Assembly (NCBI GenBank): GCA_030704615.1 | Contig: CM060732.1 | Span: 14,446,001-14,510,000, forward strand | Direction of reading: 5' to 3' | Source of the DNA: Takakia lepidozioides | Taxonomy: Eukaryota > Plantae > Bryophyta | Length of the DNA: 64,000 bases | Shown: piece by piece, positions 59,975 to 64,000 of the stretch | Numbering within the stretch: the first letter of the stretch is position 1 | How the letters are laid out: every line of letters starts with the position of its first letter | Made by a program: the position numbers and the translations under genes | The notes under the pieces: model-generated | Databases searched by the model: none | What the model was told of the DNA's origin: nothing | What the model saw: only the letters and a program-made list of their open reading frames with translations

Positions 59975-62900
59975 CACGAATCTTGCCGTCTTCAGAACCG
60001 CTGTAGAGGATATCTTTATCTAGTAAGAGTGTTGTTATTTTGCTGCCCACCGTCAAAGATGACACTTTCACTAGCTTCTCTCGTAGCCATACCTGCATTT
60101 ACAAGTATCGAAGTTAAATTTTTGTAAGATTTAAAGCAGAACAAAGAGGACGCCTCCTGAAGGAAACGTAAATTTTAGTGTCTCTTCATCCCTAATTAGG
60201 ATTACTGCTTTCCGTTGGAAGATGGACACTTTACCAAGTTTATAGGCAAGGCACAAACGGGCTACCTGCTCTAGTGGAAAGCATAAGGAAATGGCCAAGC
60301 AACCAATTCTTATACGGTATTGGCAGATCAAGTTCAACTGTTACAATCATGTAAGCGGATTGCTGTATTGATCACACTATTTGATGATTGCAGATTTAAT
60401 CATCCATTTCCTAATGATATTGTCAAATTGTTGACCATGGCTTATGTAATTTGAACACCAGGTTGCGCTCAACTCCTGTAAGCTACTAACACTACACAAA
60501 ATTTAACCGAGCAGAATTAATCCCCAAGTTGGGCCCTGGTTCGCACACTCTCTCGCTCTACTCCAGCCTACGTACGGATACATTGATGTAGAAATTTGTG
60601 GAGAAAGAGGGCGTGCAGATACCTCAATTATGCCATTGCTCAAGCCGAGATAAACAAAGTCTTCACCCACTACCATAGCTCGCACGTCTGTTGTTGTAGA
60701 GAGTGTGCCCACAAGTGATCTATCCATTCGATTCCACACCTTCTCACCCGGCAGCAAAGACCCCCCAATTATGAATGGCAGTTATCGGATTTTGTGAAGG
60801 CAACCAGCAGGTCATGAAGTCCACAACATACTACAACATACATGTAGAAAACTTAACAACCCCTAAGATCAAGACTCATTTGGATCTGTCATTGGGGTTT
60901 GAGCAGATGGGGATTGATAAATAGGAGGGAGGAGGAGACATGCAAAAGACGAGCAAGTAAACTTATTAAATTGTTGTAAATCAACAGGCTGAACTAAAAC
61001 TTTGTGATTTTGCAAATATTAGCTACTTATTACTAGGGGATGATGCACATGTAGTCTCTAAATTGTTTGATCTGGGCATGATCTTTTCTTGAGATTCTCA
61101 TATTTGAAAATAGAGTCTGATTTGGTTGATAATTATTGCTTGCCTTAGCAGCCACGCCATCCACAACGGATCCTGCCGAGTAAAAAAAAACATTATGGAC
61201 ATGTAGGGCGTACACCGTCTTTTTCCCTAGCAACTTTCGCACACCCGCTTGAATGGTCACAATATGTGTTCCTGCAAGATCCATTTCCTGCCAAAGCCAT
61301 GCATGGTCTTACTTACCAATAGATTATGTCTATCAATTTTTAGCAACTTTGGAGATTGTGCTGAAGTCCAAATCATCACATTGTTGTCCCGGTAGATAAT
61401 ACTATATAGAGTCAAGTCGAAAAAGCTTGATAGCTTCGGTGAAACCACAAGATAGAAGCCAACCTGGATACTGTTGTCATTGCAGCCACAATAGATCATG
61501 CCGTTAGAAATGGCCAGGCTCTGCACATGCTTGTTGGGATTGAGCAGCTTGGTGCCATTATCATCGCACTGGACCTGCCACCCATAGTTGCCCATGTGCA
61601 ATCCCCTTCAAAATTTACCGCAGCCTGCACGTCTACATCATGATCCAGACGTCTTGTTCATTCTAACATTTGGAAATTGTAATTTTCAAACGTTTAACTC
61701 TTGCTGTTGCATTTTTCCAGGATGACTCCTGCCTGTGAGACAGCTTACCCCAGCTACAACCGGTTGGGGAGATGTTTAATTTAATAGCAACTTTTCTATC
61801 TAAAATAAAGAGAGTGGGCGTAACATACCTTAACACCGGCACCCTGAGGAATGATGCATGTGATAGTCCCATGTACTATAAGCCCTTGAATCCCGTCCCT
61901 CATATCAAAATGAGTAATGCAATGAATGTTGTCTGGTCCTAGCTCCCACACCTGCCATTTGTCCGCATTTGTCATAAAATATCATAGTTTGCACACTGAT
62001 GTTTTATATAATGTTAACTAGATGGAAAATGCAGACCTGATTGATCTCATGCCCCACTACAATTCCTAGTCTAATGAACATAATTTTGTCATTGTTGACT
62101 CCCTGCACTATTATTGAAGTCTATGTCTGAAGGTTGATCATTGCATGAACCACTCCACTATTTCTTTTTGAGATCTATGTGAGATAACAAAAATATCCAT
62201 GGGGATTGTATTATACCCGAATAGATCTGTCAATAGAGCCACTATAAAGCTTGTTTGCAGTCAGAGAAATTGCCAAACATGTCACTGATCTTGTGTGCTC
62301 CTTCATTTCTTGCATCAAGCATGGTTCCCTGCTCTTGGCATCCCACACCTTCATACATCACAATAAATGTATACTTAAGTATCAAGATGCAATTTTGCTC
62401 TCTTTCCAATTTTCTGTTATCATCTCTCTTTGCACAAAATAATTTGAGATAGCCTGCCAGTCTGGTTGTAAGATTTCACCTTGAGGGTGCCATCAGAATG
62501 GCCCACGACTAGCCGTCCGTTTCCAAGGGCAAGTGCACGAACTTCTCCATTATTGGATGAATCTAAAGTCACTATTTCACAATGTCTCCACAGCTCCGGC
62601 TGCAAGCGATCCAATGATTCTAGGATTAAACCTAGCCATCACTAGTGCTGTGCACACAATCTGACTTTTTGTCAATCCCATGTCAAATGAGTAACAAAGC
62701 ATAGCTGAAAACCATAACATCAATTTGTCCAATGACTTCCCATGGATAATTAAATGTGCAATGAGTTGGGATGGGCCAGGTTTGCCATTTAAATTAGTCT
62801 TTTGACATCTCATTTCTCATCTCTCTTAAGTCACTAGGTGACAGAGTACATAGATCTACTTGCATGACGACTTTTTTCCCCTTGCTGCAGCTCCGAATCG

Positions 62901-63753
62901 CCCTCCAGGGGCACTTTATCAAGGGAGGGCTTTGTGAGCTGTGAAGGTGACAAACTGCTATTTCTTGGAACTTTGATGTTCACCCCAGTCTTTTCAGAAA
63001 TCAAATGCAATTGAGTTTGTTCGCCAAGAGTTTTCAGTCTCTCTTTCTTTTCTGAATTCTCTTTCTTTGTATCCCATGTCCACGTAGAGGCTCCAACTGC
63101 AGCTTATTGTGCCAAGAGTTACCACAGCAATTTCTACATCTGTGCATGTGAATTATTTGATTTTTTTGCACCAGTGATTACTCGTCTAAAAGAAGTTCTA
63201 GCCATTGTCTTCAATGCCTCCATGTGCCAAGGTTATGTTTTGGAATATGAATATCTTCTAAACATTTCGAGTTATGTCAATGAAGGTTGTTCGGATTGAA
63301 TTGATAGTAGATTGTGAGAGCGCAAATGCTGGCAGTGAAGATCATAAGAATGGATAGATGGATACTTTGAAAATGCTGCTACCGGTTCCTCAAGCGAAGG
63401 ACAGTTTTGCAAGTGAAGGTCCCGGCGATTCTCCCAAAATTGTCACACCAAGATTGGTGAACTATCAATTCTAAGGAAAGGTTCATGCTCTCGTAGTATA
63501 TACCACACCATTGATCACCACCCTCACCCTTCCGGCACGAACCCCCCTTTGACGATCAGACTGCATAAGTATATAAACTTGTATTGCAGCTAAATTTTCT
63601 CACTCCGGAATATACTCAAGGAAAGACAACCCACCTTTGCGGAATTGTTAGCAAATGCTCGAAGAATCTCTTTGGCAGTCCAAGTTGAATTCCGTAATTG
63701 CCTCAAGGTCCCACCTATGTCGTTAGAAAAACTAACCAGCTCTTTAAGTCCAC
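59975..63753 (-). CDS. LIN: 3' part of a LIN/CERBERUS-type U-box/WD40 E3 ubiquitin ligase (5' exons outside the window, last exon not resolved)
   Basis: Approximate exons 63753-63635 (GLKELV..LRQLRNSTWTAKEIL), 62599-62480 (ELWRHCE..NGEVRAL..GHSDGTLK), 62349-62218 (EHTRSVTCLAIS..LYSGSIDRSIR), 61951-61829 (IIPQGAGVK), 61574-61464, 61287-61144 (GVRKLLGK), 60739-60623, 60092-59976 (LYSGSEDGKIR). Confidence 0.85.
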
Positions 63754-64000
63754 CTGTACATTAAATAATCGTTCAGCACCTCCACCGAAGTGCTCCTTTC
63801 ACAGAAGTACATAATGCGGATTGTTGACATAATTCAAAAAAACAACTATACTATGACATGATCTAATTGTAAGAGACCCAAAAAGTAAGGCATATGCACA
63901 AGCGGGAGAAAAAAGAAAGCAAAAATGGTCATATATTGTCATACGTCTAGGTCCACAAAAACGGAGTCTCGTTATACGCGTTCATAAATACTTCCCTCTC

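Overview
Eukaryotic, transposon-rich window from a land plant; gene and TE types suggest a non-seed plant (inference). It has three host genes: an intronless At1g29790-like SAM-dependent methyltransferase (8390-9904), a 5-exon oil-body-associated protein gene (OBAP2/DUF1264, 11219-13092) and the 3' part of a LIN/CERBERUS-type WD40 E3 ligase (minus strand, runs off the window end). The rest is mostly nested mobile DNA: a 120-bp satellite, a kinase pseudogene behind a palindrome array, a two-ORF Penelope-like retroelement in (GA)n repeats, a CACTA relic, two copies of a chromovirus Ty3/Gypsy and Helitron/Helentron relics. The main discovery is a large Mutator-like (MULE) element (about 31.7-53.3 kb). 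Besides its DDE/SWIM transposase, it carries a divergently oriented multi-exon gene fusing a ParB/Srx-type domain to a beta-class N4C/N6A DNA methyltransferase-like domain. It also has about 50 copies of a 22-bp palindrome (GGAAATGCGGCGCCGCATTTCC), in 53-bp-phased arrays and inside that gene's introns, plus a pair of paralogous unknown ORFs. The ParB-MTase gene is hidden from ORF callers by a Gypsy insertion and a 1.26-kb internal inversion; undoing the inversion restores an intron and the reading frame. Scattered single-base indels suggest residual long-read errors, so frameshifts should be checked against reads.
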